Shown piece after piece: positions 18,907 to 28,378 of a DNA stretch of 64,000 nucleotides. This DNA is from a virus (Duplodnaviria; Caudoviricetes). The DNA lies in IMG/VR virus record IMGVR_UViG_3300017774_006743, positions 1 to 64,000 of that record; one strand, 5' to 3'. Position numbers and translations under genes: made by a program. Every line of letters begins with the position of its first letter. Within the stretch, counting starts at the first letter, position 1. Below the pieces are notes generated by a model. The model was not told the origin of the DNA and made no database searches. It saw only the letters and a program-made list of their open reading frames with translations.

Positions 18907-19640
18907 AAGAAAAGAAACAACAAACAGAACATGTTGAGATAGAATATCCAAGAGTGATGTTCTACTCATGTTCGAAGCAAAGTAACAGAAAAGATACACT
19001 TCTGTATAAGAGTTTAAAGGATATTGGATTTTTTGAGTTTCATATCGAAACGAATTTTTCTGGATCTCTTGCAAAGATGTATAATAAATTCCTCCGTGAA
19101 GAGGACCTCAGTAATGATGGTTTATACGACGCTGTTGTATTTTGCCACGACGATATAAAGATTAACACAATGGACTTTAGACCACTTACATCTAATCCAT
19201 ATACAGTATTCGGACTTGCTGGTGCAAATACGTGCACTTTTAAGAAGCCATTTTTGTGGCATATTGCATCTCCCCGAGAATCACAACTTGGCGCCGTTGC
19301 TCATTTTGCTGGTAGTTCTGAGGACTATTGGATTACTTCTTTTGGGTTGCTGAATAAGCCAGCTGTTTTGATCGATGGTGTGTTTATTGGTATAAACCTC
19401 AAGAAGTGGAGAGAAAATAAAGTATGGTTTGATGAGAATAATCCATCAAATTTCCACTTCTATGATTTGTCATTTGCTCTAGATAATAGCTTTGCTAAAA
19501 ACAGAGTTGGTGTTATTGACTTTCCGATCATCCATTGTTCACACGGGTTAGAGTCACTAGATGATACTGAATGGAACAAAGGACAAGATTACATGTTCGA
19601 AAAATATAAAAAATATGACGGTTCAACAATTACAGTCTGA
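18903..19640 (+). CDS. Glycosyltransferase-like protein, GT-A/GT2-related
   Basis: SLAKMYNKF..VVFCHDDI (DxD-like), GLAG, IDGVFI, FHFYDLSF. Confidence 0.7.
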   Translation: MKEKKQQTEHVEIEYPRVMFYSCSKQSNRKDTLLYKSLKDIGFFEFHIETNFSGSLAKMYNKFLREEDLSNDGLYDAVVFCHDDIKINTMDFRPLTSNPYTVFGLAGANTCTFKKPFLWHIASPRESQLGAVAHFAGSSEDYWITSFGLLNKPAVLIDGVFIGINLKKWRENKVWFDENNPSNFHFYDLSFALDNSFAKNRVGVIDFPIIHCSHGLESLDDTEWNKGQDYMFEKYKKYDGSTITV

Positions 19641-19824
19641 GATCGGTAGGTTACAATCAGAGATCCACAAGTTGGAGACCACAATAACGAGATATAAACT
19701 CAAAAGTAACAATATTAAGTTACAATGTGGTAAAATAATTAGAGACAACAAAACAATATTTGGACAAACAACACCAACGGTAAAGTTCGCAAAAGATATT
19801 TTACAGATTGTCAATTCTAAATGA
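19615..19824 (+). CDS. Small coiled-coil protein
   Basis: MTVQQLQSEIGRLQSEIHKLE heptads; fills the gap before the helicase, ATGA coupling. Confidence 0.4.
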   Translation: MTVQQLQSEIGRLQSEIHKLETTITRYKLKSNNIKLQCGKIIRDNKTIFGQTTPTVKFAKDILQIVNSK

Positions 19825-21146
19825 AATTTAATGCGAATTATTTTGAAAATATTTTTATCTACAAATGTCTAACAGACCCGACTTATGTAAGTTCAATTAT
19901 TGATTATACTGAAAGCAGATACTTTAGTGATAAAGATATCCGGATGACGTGGGGTATTATTAAAGGTTTCTACGACAAACATAATAGTATCCCCACTACA
20001 ACTGAAATTAAGCAGTACATTCAAAATAATGAACAAAAACAATCCCTTGTATCAGTACTGACAAAGATAAAGGATATAGATAAAAATCTCAACCCAGATG
20101 AGTTGTACCAAAATACGGAATTGTTCCTCAAGGAACGTGCTGTATACAATACAATGCTGGATATTGCTCAGGATATTTCCACTAAAACTGTGGACCCTGC
20201 AGAGATTCTTGAAAAATTTGACAAGTCTTGTAACATAACTCTTCAAACAGACATTGGATTAGACCTGTATAATGATATTGATAAGGTTTGTGACTATCTA
20301 AACAGTGTTGAGGAAACAATTCCATCGAGTTGGAACTGGTTTGACGAAGCAGTCGGTGGTGGTTTCCTAAAGTCTGGTCGAGCTTTATATGTGTTTGTTG
20401 GTCAAACAAATATCGGAAAGTCTATTTTCCTTGGTAATATTGCGACAAATATTGCAAAGCAAAACAAGACGGTCCTTTTAGTGTCATTGGAGATGTCTGA
20501 GATGTTGTATGCGAAGCGTCTGTGTTCAAACGTTACAAAAATTCCACTATCAACTATACATCTTGAAACAACCACTCTCAAAAATGAGATTAATCTCATA
20601 AAGAACAACAATGGTGGTCGGGTTCTAATCAAAGAGTTTCCCCCATCAACAATAACACCAAGACAACTTCAAGCTTTTGTAAAGAAAATTGAAGACAAAG
20701 GCATAAAGATTGATGCGATTGTAATAGACTACATCAACCTTCTTCATTCCCCAATTGGATCTAACTCATACGAACGGGTAAAATATGCTACTGAACAGAT
20801 CAGAGCAATGTCTTACACATTTACTTGTCCGGTTATCAGTGCTTCCCAGTTAAATCGAACAGGAACCCATGTAAATAACCCAGATCTTACAACAATCTCA
20901 GAAAGCCTAGGATTGGCTATGACTGCAGACGTCATGGTTTCAATATTTCAATCGGATGAAGATAGAGAATTGGGTATTATCAGATTAGGGATGATGAAAA
21001 ACCGTCTGGGTCCGGTTGGATCAACACAAGCAATGCGAATTGACTATGGAACATTATCAATATCTGAAGCAGAAGACGTGGAAGAAGATGAAAGTGTTGA
21101 ACAAGAAATGATATCAACACTTGAGATGTTCCGGGGTGTTGATTAG
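19821..21146 (+). CDS. gp41: Replicative DnaB-like helicase gp41
   Basis: GQTNIGKS, SLEMSE, IKEFPP, VIDYINL, SQLNR, SESLG, KNRLG. Confidence 0.95.
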   Translation: MKFNANYFENIFIYKCLTDPTYVSSIIDYTESRYFSDKDIRMTWGIIKGFYDKHNSIPTTTEIKQYIQNNEQKQSLVSVLTKIKDIDKNLNPDELYQNTELFLKERAVYNTMLDIAQDISTKTVDPAEILEKFDKSCNITLQTDIGLDLYNDIDKVCDYLNSVEETIPSSWNWFDEAVGGGFLKSGRALYVFVGQTNIGKSIFLGNIATNIAKQNKTVLLVSLEMSEMLYAKRLCSNVTKIPLSTIHLETTTLKNEINLIKNNNGGRVLIKEFPPSTITPRQLQAFVKKIEDKGIKIDAIVIDYINLLHSPIGSNSYERVKYATEQIRAMSYTFTCPVISASQLNRTGTHVNNPDLTTISESLGLAMTADVMVSIFQSDEDRELGIIRLGMMKNRLGPVGSTQAMRIDYGTLSISEAEDVEEDESVEQEMISTLEMFRGVD

Positions 21147-21171
21147 TATACAAACAGTAATAACTACTTGA

Positions 21172-22050
21172 GTGAAACATAACGTTTTAATAATAACTGA
21201 TAGTGATCTAGATGGGTGTGGCTCGTGTCTTGTCTTAAGATGGGTATATAAAGGAGCTAATATTACACAACAATGTGTTGATAGAGGAAACCCAAAGAAA
21301 ATATTTGAAAAATTTGATTATTCAAAGTATGATAAGGTTTATATCACAGATACGTACGTTCCAGATGATTGCAAACCACTAGTGGACTTTGAAAACGTAT
21401 ATATTGTTGATCACCACAAAGCCCACTTTGACGAGAAGCAGAAGTATACAAAAGCAAAGACACTTATGAAGGAGTATTACACGAGCTGCACAAAGCTTTT
21501 GTTTGATCTCTTTCAATCCAAGGTTGAAATCACCAAACATCAAAAGCTTTTAGTTCATATCATTGACGATTATGATTGCTTTGAGTTAAAATACAAACAA
21601 TCTAGGCAATTAGACGCAATATACCACGAACTGAAGGGGTCTAATCAAGATAAGTTAGATAAATTTGTTTTGGAGTTTGAAAAAGGTTTTTTCGGGTTTA
21701 ATAACATACAGCAAAATATAATCAACCTTCGTCAAAAACATCTTGTTGAGAAGATTCAGGAATCAGAGTTTTATCGTGGTAAAATTGATGGTGTTAATTC
21801 AGTTTGTGTTATGGGTGGCATGTTCAATAATGATATTGCCCTTTATGCTCTTAAGAAGTATGGTGCAGATATTTGCATTATTGTGATGCCTGGGATTAAT
21901 CGAGTGTCATTCCGCCGGAAGAAAGGAAGTGTTGTTAATCTTCTAGATATTTGTAGTAAATATTGTAATGGAATTGGTCATGAATATGCTGCTGGAGGTG
22001 AAATCACAGATAAATTCCTAGAAATAACCAAAACCTTTCATAAAGTATAA
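21172..22050 (+). CDS. DHH/DHHA1 phosphoesterase
   Basis: TDSDLDG, YITD, VDHH, C-terminal GIGHEYAAG; GTG start. Confidence 0.88.
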   Translation: MKHNVLIITDSDLDGCGSCLVLRWVYKGANITQQCVDRGNPKKIFEKFDYSKYDKVYITDTYVPDDCKPLVDFENVYIVDHHKAHFDEKQKYTKAKTLMKEYYTSCTKLLFDLFQSKVEITKHQKLLVHIIDDYDCFELKYKQSRQLDAIYHELKGSNQDKLDKFVLEFEKGFFGFNNIQQNIINLRQKHLVEKIQESEFYRGKIDGVNSVCVMGGMFNNDIALYALKKYGADICIIVMPGINRVSFRRKKGSVVNLLDICSKYCNGIGHEYAAGGEITDKFLEITKTFHKV

Positions 22051-22334
22051 TGAACCCATCATCAAATATAATTGAAGACGAGACAGAGCATATACTTCTG
22101 TGTTATTGTACATTCTGTACGATGACCATTGGGAAGAAATTGTCGATCCAAAATATATTTCTCCTAACCCTTAAGGAAGAACGATATAAAAGATTGTTAA
22201 AAGATCTTCTAGATATTGAAAATGATTTTGAATTAGTCAGAATTTTTCTTGACTACGATGATACAATTGTTAAATCAAAATACGTAACAAAGTATGTCAA
22301 TTCCCTTAACAGAGCAAGAAAAGCACGTCTATAA
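22050..22334 (+). CDS. Hypothetical protein
   Basis: 94 aa, TAATG coupling. Confidence 0.55.
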   Translation: MNPSSNIIEDETEHILLCYCTFCTMTIGKKLSIQNIFLLTLKEERYKRLLKDLLDIENDFELVRIFLDYDDTIVKSKYVTKYVNSLNRARKARL

Positions 22335-22959
22335 TACATGGCTTCGTATATCAAGACAGCGAAAGAAACAACCATTTACTCTTCGAAAAAAATTCGACGA
22401 CCTGGGTGATGATAAGTGCATGTATGTTCAAAAAATTGCAAGATTTCTTGAATCGAACCAATCAGTTAAAATGGATAAGTTCTTTGAAGCTCCATATGAA
22501 ATTTTTAAAGATGGTACATTTGGGTTAGACTTCTACACAACGAGAAAAGCAGTATCATGTTATATATCGTTAGTAGAAATGATACGATTAGGAGATATCA
22601 AAACAATTGAAGTACAAACACAAACAAAACAAGGTATAAAGTTTATTTTTGAATTTTGTAAAGATAATAACTTGACTTTTGACGACTACAAAGTATATTA
22701 TGAAAACAACAACACAACCCCTGATTACATTTTAAAACTCAAAAATGGTGATATCAATTTCTATTGCCTTCATCTTCTCAACATTACACCCACCATTGAA
22801 AAGAATGTACTTGAGTTTATTATTCCCGACTTTCATAACATTTTTCACAAAACGAAAATCAAATTTTTAGGTTCCGGTGAACCTAAGGAAACATTAAGAG
22901 ATATGGTAAAAAAACTTGAACTTTACCTCTTGAAAAACAAAAAACATACACTAAAATAA
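22294..22959 (+). CDS. Putative helicase loader, gp59-like
   Basis: 221-aa basic/aromatic protein directly upstream of gp32, matching T4 59-32 synteny and size; sequence similarity not verified. Confidence 0.4.
   Translation: MSIPLTEQEKHVYNTWLRISRQRKKQPFTLRKKFDDLGDDKCMYVQKIARFLESNQSVKMDKFFEAPYEIFKDGTFGLDFYTTRKAVSCYISLVEMIRLGDIKTIEVQTQTKQGIKFIFEFCKDNNLTFDDYKVYYENNNTTPDYILKLKNGDINFYCLHLLNITPTIEKNVLEFIIPDFHNIFHKTKIKFLGSGEPKETLRDMVKKLELYLLKNKKHTLK
22930..22957 (+). promoter_or_regulatory. Sigma70-like promoter for gp32
   Basis: TTGAAA-N16-TAAAAT, 7 nt before ATG. Confidence 0.55.
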
Positions 22960-22964
22960 CATAT

Positions 22965-23804
22965 ATGAAATACAATACAAACACGATGTTCGAATCTATT
23001 AAAAACTCACTTCAAAAAGAAGAAAAGAAAGGGGGCGGTTTTCGCGATATTATGTCACTCAAACCTGGTAATACATACACATTACGTTTGATTCCTAATA
23101 TCAACGACCCTTCTGAAACCTTCTTCCATCACTTCTCACACGGCTGGACTTCGTTTTTGACCGGTTCTTACACAAGTGCTCTATCACCAATGACGTTTGG
23201 TGAACGAGACCCAATCGCTGAAGAACGTTATCGCGTTAATCGCGTTGGTTCTGAGGCAGAAAAAGAAAAGATGAAAGCAGTTCGTCGTTCAGAACAATGG
23301 CTCGCACGCGTGTGGGTTATTGACGATCCAACAACCCCGGAAAATAACGGAAAAGTGAAGATGATCCGTTATGGTAAGCAAATTGATAAGATTATCAAAG
23401 ACGCTATCCAAGGTGAAGGAGCAGAAGAGTTTGGTGCAAGGATTTTCGACCTCACAAAGGCTGGGGTAAACTTCAAGATTAAGGTTGAAAAGCAAACAGA
23501 CACGTTCCCAACATATACGTCTTCAAGGTTTACAACAGCAAACAACGATTTGAAGCTCTCAGAAGCTCAGATCGAAGAAATCCTTACAACGGCTCATGCT
23601 GCACCTCTAAAAGAAACCATTCCTCTTAAATCATACGACGAGCTCAAGAAAATGTTAGATGAACACTTCTATTGTAAAACCGAAGCTGATGAGAAAGAAG
23701 ATGGTCCTTCTGAAAAAGAAATCCTTAAGGAGATTAATGGTGTAAATGAAAGCAGCGTTGATGTCTCTGATGCAGAAGTCGAAGAACTTCTTAAAGACCT
23801 GTAA
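22965..23804 (+). CDS. gp32: Single-stranded DNA binding protein gp32
   Basis: LRLIP, HGW, DPIAE, VIDDPTTPENNGKV, YGKQI, NFKIK, YTSSRF, acidic tail. Confidence 0.9.
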   Translation: MKYNTNTMFESIKNSLQKEEKKGGGFRDIMSLKPGNTYTLRLIPNINDPSETFFHHFSHGWTSFLTGSYTSALSPMTFGERDPIAEERYRVNRVGSEAEKEKMKAVRRSEQWLARVWVIDDPTTPENNGKVKMIRYGKQIDKIIKDAIQGEGAEEFGARIFDLTKAGVNFKIKVEKQTDTFPTYTSSRFTTANNDLKLSEAQIEEILTTAHAAPLKETIPLKSYDELKKMLDEHFYCKTEADEKEDGPSEKEILKEINGVNESSVDVSDAEVEELLKDL

Positions 23805-23805
23805 T

Positions 23806-24261
23806 ATGGAACAACCTCCAGCAGAATTGTTGCATGCGCTTGGGACTCTCTTCGGAGAGTCCAAACGTATGGACAGTAATATTGTACAAGCCTCAGGGAA
23901 CTTGATACCGAATACAAGTAATGGTGTTCAACAATCATTACAAAATACTATAGCTGGAATGAAACATGCAGGTACACCTTCTGGAACCGGGGGTCCCAAA
24001 TTTGGTGATTCTCCAATGGATCCAAAGTTTGGAGACCAACCACTTGTTTTACCAGGGGACGATTTTATTGCACCTCAACCTGTACTCCCAACATACCGCG
24101 ACCAGCATACAGTTACGTCACCAATTCCTCAATTAATTGATATTTCACTATTGAAATCTATTGATGATAAGCTATCAATTATAATTGATCTACTAACAAA
24201 AAAGAAGAATGCATCTAAGCCTAGAAAAAGAAAGCCTCGTAAGGTTCCTACAGAATCTTGA
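23806..24261 (+). CDS. Hypothetical Pro-rich protein
   Basis: ATG just after the gp32 stop; PKFGD twice; basic C-terminus. Confidence 0.5.
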   Translation: MEQPPAELLHALGTLFGESKRMDSNIVQASGNLIPNTSNGVQQSLQNTIAGMKHAGTPSGTGGPKFGDSPMDPKFGDQPLVLPGDDFIAPQPVLPTYRDQHTVTSPIPQLIDISLLKSIDDKLSIIIDLLTKKKNASKPRKRKPRKVPTES

Positions 24262-24934
24262 TTCAATTACACAGCAGTCCATTTTATCCATCTCCAAAAA
24301 CAAAATTGAAAGTATTGTCTCTACACCAGATAATACTCTTTTTTTGTACAGCGAGTGGGAAGATGAAAAGATCAATGTTGATAATAATTTAACTCTTCAT
24401 ATTCCTGACGTAAAAAGACTCCTCAACCTAATCAGATATATTGAAGAACCGACAATATCACTTGATGTTGGTCCAAATTCTTTGAAATATAAATCAAAGG
24501 ATATAAAGTTTACATACCATTTGTTTGAAGAGGGATTGATATCTCCATGTCAGTTAAAACCTGAAAAGATCAAATCGTTTGAGACAGATTTTGAATTTAC
24601 CCTAACAAAAGCTGAATATCAAAAACTTACAAAAGCTTCTGCATTTTCAGGGGACGTGAATAAAATTTACTTCTATACAAATGAAGAAGGTGTTTTTGGA
24701 GAGATAACTGATAAAGCTAAACACAATATCGACTCATTTGGATGCACAATTGGTAATACAACAAAGGGTGTAACCCTCAATCCAATCAGTTTAAATTTTG
24801 ATAACTTTAAACTGTTGCAATCAAACTGGCAGGTATGTACGGTGAGTATAAACCAACAAATGGGTGTTTGTATTGTCACTATAGTTGAAAATTACATCAT
24901 GTCTACTTACATATTTACATCGTTTAGCCAATGA
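24209..24934 (+). CDS. gp45: Sliding clamp gp45
   Basis: 241 aa; LHIPDVKRLL..SLKYKS..KFTYHL pattern and size fit T4-like clamps. Confidence 0.65.
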   Translation: MHLSLEKESLVRFLQNLDSITQQSILSISKNKIESIVSTPDNTLFLYSEWEDEKINVDNNLTLHIPDVKRLLNLIRYIEEPTISLDVGPNSLKYKSKDIKFTYHLFEEGLISPCQLKPEKIKSFETDFEFTLTKAEYQKLTKASAFSGDVNKIYFYTNEEGVFGEITDKAKHNIDSFGCTIGNTTKGVTLNPISLNFDNFKLLQSNWQVCTVSINQQMGVCIVTIVENYIMSTYIFTSFSQ

Positions 24935-25299
24935 ATACTAAAATTACAAAACAAGACAAAAACAAGTTAAAGACACCAGCGTACTTCATTAAGAGGTTGA
25001 AAGATAATGGATATATTACGCTCCGGATGTTTCAAAAATATGCCCCTTCTGACCCAAGAAAGTGGACGGTATTAGTGGACCCCGGAAATTTTTCTGTGTT
25101 TATCACTTGTTTCGAGAACAAAAACGAAAGAGGTGAGATTTTGTTTCAAGTTGATGATGGTGGAAGATTATTCCCACCAAACTTTTACATTAAGACACAT
25201 TCCATGGAGGTTGTGATTAATAATCTTGTTGAAAGAGGTGTGACCCAATCACACAAAGATTCTATTTTTTTCAAAACGCGAGATGAAGAGAATAAATAA
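24931..25299 (+). CDS. Hypothetical protein
   Basis: 122 aa, ATGA coupling. Confidence 0.6.
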   Translation: MNTKITKQDKNKLKTPAYFIKRLKDNGYITLRMFQKYAPSDPRKWTVLVDPGNFSVFITCFENKNERGEILFQVDDGGRLFPPNFYIKTHSMEVVINNLVERGVTQSHKDSIFFKTRDEENK

Positions 25300-25303
25300 A
25301 ATT

Positions 25304-25699
25304 ATGGCCGATGAACCCACACCAAAAAGACGGAAAAGAACTTCCGCTAAACAGCTCCCCCTTGGTGTGGATAATCCAAAAGTTCCATTTCTGAAGCTTG
25401 ATGGTGTTGATCATGATACCAGTGCAATTAGGGCTCTTATACAAGCTGCATTGAAGGAAAATATAGACAAACAAAACCACATCAGAGAATCTGAGGATAA
25501 TAGTAAAGCACTTATATCAACAATATCAGAGTTCCTTGATTGTTTTGTAATTCTTGGTTACGACCAAGAAAGTGACCCAGTCGTTATCACATATGGTCCG
25601 ACGTCAAAAGATAATGATGCTCTGAGAAATCTCTATATTAAATTCCTTCCGCAGTTTATGCAATCACAAGATGATCTGGGTGACCCCGAAGACCTCTAA
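25304..25699 (+). CDS. Hypothetical protein
   Basis: ATG 5 nt after TAAATA (25293-25298). Confidence 0.55.
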   Translation: MADEPTPKRRKRTSAKQLPLGVDNPKVPFLKLDGVDHDTSAIRALIQAALKENIDKQNHIRESEDNSKALISTISEFLDCFVILGYDQESDPVVITYGPTSKDNDALRNLYIKFLPQFMQSQDDLGDPEDL

Positions 25700-25715
25700 A
25701 CCCCGTGATTCATTC

Positions 25716-26057
25716 ATGGTAAAATCTGGGGAGCGGATGGGTGAATTACTAATACTAATGGAAAGTACCCCAGGTTCTTTTTATTTTCTATCATACCCCC
25801 TCAATGTAATAAGGGTTTATGAAAAGGGTAAATTTGATTTTGAGAGGAAATCAAATATAATAGAATTTATACAGAGATTACCAAAAGCTGTATATAAGGG
25901 GATGAAAATCTCGTATGACCGCTTAAAGCAAACTGGCAACCCATCAAAGTGGGACAAAGAAACGTTGAGGACACAAATTCGAAAAAATGAAGACTTTAAT
26001 AATAGACGGGAACAACCTGGTGTGGAGGTCCCAGTGGGTCGCAAAAAATTTCTATAA
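25716..26057 (+). CDS. Hypothetical protein
   Basis: ORF between the previous gene and rnh; start uncertain (25671 or 25716). Confidence 0.45.
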   Translation: MVKSGERMGELLILMESTPGSFYFLSYPLNVIRVYEKGKFDFERKSNIIEFIQRLPKAVYKGMKISYDRLKQTGNPSKWDKETLRTQIRKNEDFNNRREQPGVEVPVGRKKFL

Positions 26058-26874
26058 CAATCAAGATACTGAAAACAAAAAAGACTTCCTTGGTGTTTAC
26101 ATTTTCTTAACATCGCTCCGATCATATTACGAAAAGTATAAACCGACCAACATTATCTGCTGTTGGGATGAAAAACCAGACTATAAACCCAATCCTCGGA
26201 AGTTAATTCTTGAGCAATATAAAGGGAACAGAAACGCGGATGATTCAATAGACATTCACTGTGATAATCACCACATCAAGGAATTGATTGAAGCTATTGG
26301 TGGTATTAACTTTTACCCAAGAGAACTTGAAGCAGATGATATTATGGCGTTTTTGTGCCATAAATTACCCGGGACTAAGGTGATTATAACTGTTGATAAG
26401 GATCTTATCCAATTGGTCAACAAAGATGTTATTGTATTCAGTCCAATGAAGAAGATTGAATACACATCAGATAACGTTGACCAACTACTTGGACATGCTC
26501 ATGAACACTTTGTCACATATAAAGCGTTTCAGGGTGATCAATCTGATAACATCCCAGGTGTATACCGATTTGGAGCTAAAAAGATCCAGCAATACATTAA
26601 TAATGAGATAGTTCTTACATCAGAACAACAAGAAGTATTTGACCGAAACATGAAGCTCATGGACCTCAACCATGGTTATTCACAGTATCCGGAAGAAGAA
26701 GAACATTATAACCAACAATTACAAAACCCATATCCAAAGCAAGATTGGGACAAGTTTATGTACATTTGTACAGACTTAAACTTTCAAAAGATTGTAACGA
26801 GCAAAGAAAAATGGTTTGAAACTTTCTTTCAAGACAATACAATGACCAATATCATCAGTCAATTGTTTAAATGA
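25987..26874 (+). CDS. rnh: T4-type RNase H / 5'-3' exonuclease
   Basis: IIDGNN, ELEADD, DKDLIQL, GDQSDNIPG. Confidence 0.93.
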   Translation: MKTLIIDGNNLVWRSQWVAKNFYNNQDTENKKDFLGVYIFLTSLRSYYEKYKPTNIICCWDEKPDYKPNPRKLILEQYKGNRNADDSIDIHCDNHHIKELIEAIGGINFYPRELEADDIMAFLCHKLPGTKVIITVDKDLIQLVNKDVIVFSPMKKIEYTSDNVDQLLGHAHEHFVTYKAFQGDQSDNIPGVYRFGAKKIQQYINNEIVLTSEQQEVFDRNMKLMDLNHGYSQYPEEEEHYNQQLQNPYPKQDWDKFMYICTDLNFQKIVTSKEKWFETFFQDNTMTNIISQLFK

Positions 26875-27938
26875 TTACAGTACCAGAGCAATATTCGATA
26901 AACAAGTTTTACGAATTTGCATATAGGGTAAAACACAATAAGTATAACGATACATACCAAGCTGAGTGCCCTATATGTAGAGAAGGTAAATCTTCTGGTG
27001 TAAAACGCCGTTGTTATTATATTCCCAAAAAGGATCTGATATTCTGCCACAATTGTGGGTGGTCATCAAAGTCTCTTAAATGGATTGCAAAAGTATCTGG
27101 TAATTCTGTATCAGATATCATTAATGATATTAAAGATGCTGATTACGACTATGGTATTCCAAACGATATCAGTACGTTAGTCCAAGAGAAACATTTTGAA
27201 ACGACAGATATTCCAAACGATGGCATAGACCTATTTGATATCGATCGAGAGCAATTGAGAGACGATGGAGAATCGATTTTGACAAAAGATCAAAGTCAGA
27301 TTGTAGAAAGATGTCTTGACTTCATAGAATCAAGGCGTTTGAAAACAGCTATTAACAAGCCAAACCGACTTTATGTTTCATTTAGAGACGCAACTCACAA
27401 GAATAGGCTCATAATACCATTTTATGATACTAAAGGTCGAGTAATATTCTACCAATCTCGGCAAATTATAGCTGGTGACCCACGTCCTCGGTATATTTCA
27501 AAGACCAATGGTGAAAAATCAATATTTGGTATCGATAAAGTAACACCAGACAGTAATTACGTGTTTATATTTGAAGGTCCTTTCAATTCTTTCTTTATGA
27601 AAAATGGTGTTGCTGTTGGGGGTATTCAAGATTCACAACAAACGTTTACTCAATTGCAGCAAGAACAGATGGAGAAGTATTTGAGGTTCTATAAAAAGAT
27701 ATTTGTCTTGGATTCTCAATGGAAAGACCAAACAAGCTTATCAAAATCTGAAAAGCTAATTGATAATAATGAAACGGTCTTCATTTGGCCAGAAAATATT
27801 GGAAAAAGATTCAAAGATTTTAATGAGATTGCCATAAAGGGAAATCTTGACCATATTAGTCAAGATTTCGTAGTTAGTAATTCGTTCTCCGGTTTGACCG
27901 GAAAGATTAAGATAAACCAGATAAAGAAGATTATCTGA
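26871..27938 (+). CDS. gp61: DNA primase gp61
   Basis: CPIC..CHNC Zn-binding domain; TOPRIM FEGPF(N) and VLDSQ. Confidence 0.9.
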   Translation: MITVPEQYSINKFYEFAYRVKHNKYNDTYQAECPICREGKSSGVKRRCYYIPKKDLIFCHNCGWSSKSLKWIAKVSGNSVSDIINDIKDADYDYGIPNDISTLVQEKHFETTDIPNDGIDLFDIDREQLRDDGESILTKDQSQIVERCLDFIESRRLKTAINKPNRLYVSFRDATHKNRLIIPFYDTKGRVIFYQSRQIIAGDPRPRYISKTNGEKSIFGIDKVTPDSNYVFIFEGPFNSFFMKNGVAVGGIQDSQQTFTQLQQEQMEKYLRFYKKIFVLDSQWKDQTSLSKSEKLIDNNETVFIWPENIGKRFKDFNEIAIKGNLDHISQDFVVSNSFSGLTGKIKINQIKKII

Positions 27939-28344
27939 ATCGGTACTTCGGATCAGATGATCCAGACAAGTAACCCTTCATAGATTGAGCGAGAGAAGCT
28001 AAATCCATTGCGGTACGAGCAATTTTCTTCGTTTCTGTTGTACGAATCTTATCCAAGATTGTATCTGGTACGGAATTTCTAAGAATAGACTGAATTGATG
28101 ATTGATCATCAGGATCATTCAAGAAGTTCGTGAACTTATCTAACTCACCAATCCAATTTTTAATGTGTTGAACCATTTGCTGTTCTTGTTGAGCTGCTGC
28201 TTGAAGAACGGCTTGGTCGACCCCACTTGCTCCAAGTTGATCAGGCTCAGCACCATCAAGAGTAGACTGCATCGCCTGTTCTTCCGGTGTTGGTTCAATA
28301 TCTTGCTCGATAAAAAGTTTAAATCTCTTTGAGAATGCTGACAT
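27931..28344 (-). CDS. Late hypothetical protein, possible internal head protein
   Basis: ATG 28344 lies 5 nt after TAAATA (28350-28355); MSAFSKRFKLFIEQ. Confidence 0.55.
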   Translation of the reverse strand: MSAFSKRFKLFIEQDIEPTPEEQAMQSTLDGAEPDQLGASGVDQAVLQAAAQQEQQMVQHIKNWIGELDKFTNFLNDPDDQSSIQSILRNSVPDTILDKIRTTETKKIARTAMDLASLAQSMKGYLSGSSDPKYRFR

Positions 28345-28349
28345 ATAGT

Positions 28350-28373
28350 TATTTATTCTCACTACCTTAAATA
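28350..28373. promoter_or_regulatory. Divergent pair of late promoters
   Basis: TAAATA on - (28350-28355) and + (28368-28373), each 5 nt from an ATG. Confidence 0.55.
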
Positions 28374-28378
28374 TATAC

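Noticed and set aside
22050-22334. Possible gp33 by position and size
   Set aside because: No recognisable gp33 motif; left as hypothetical.
23995-24050. PKFGD repeated twice, also present once in the C1 peptidase
   Set aside because: Too short and only two local copies; likely a small duplication or chance.
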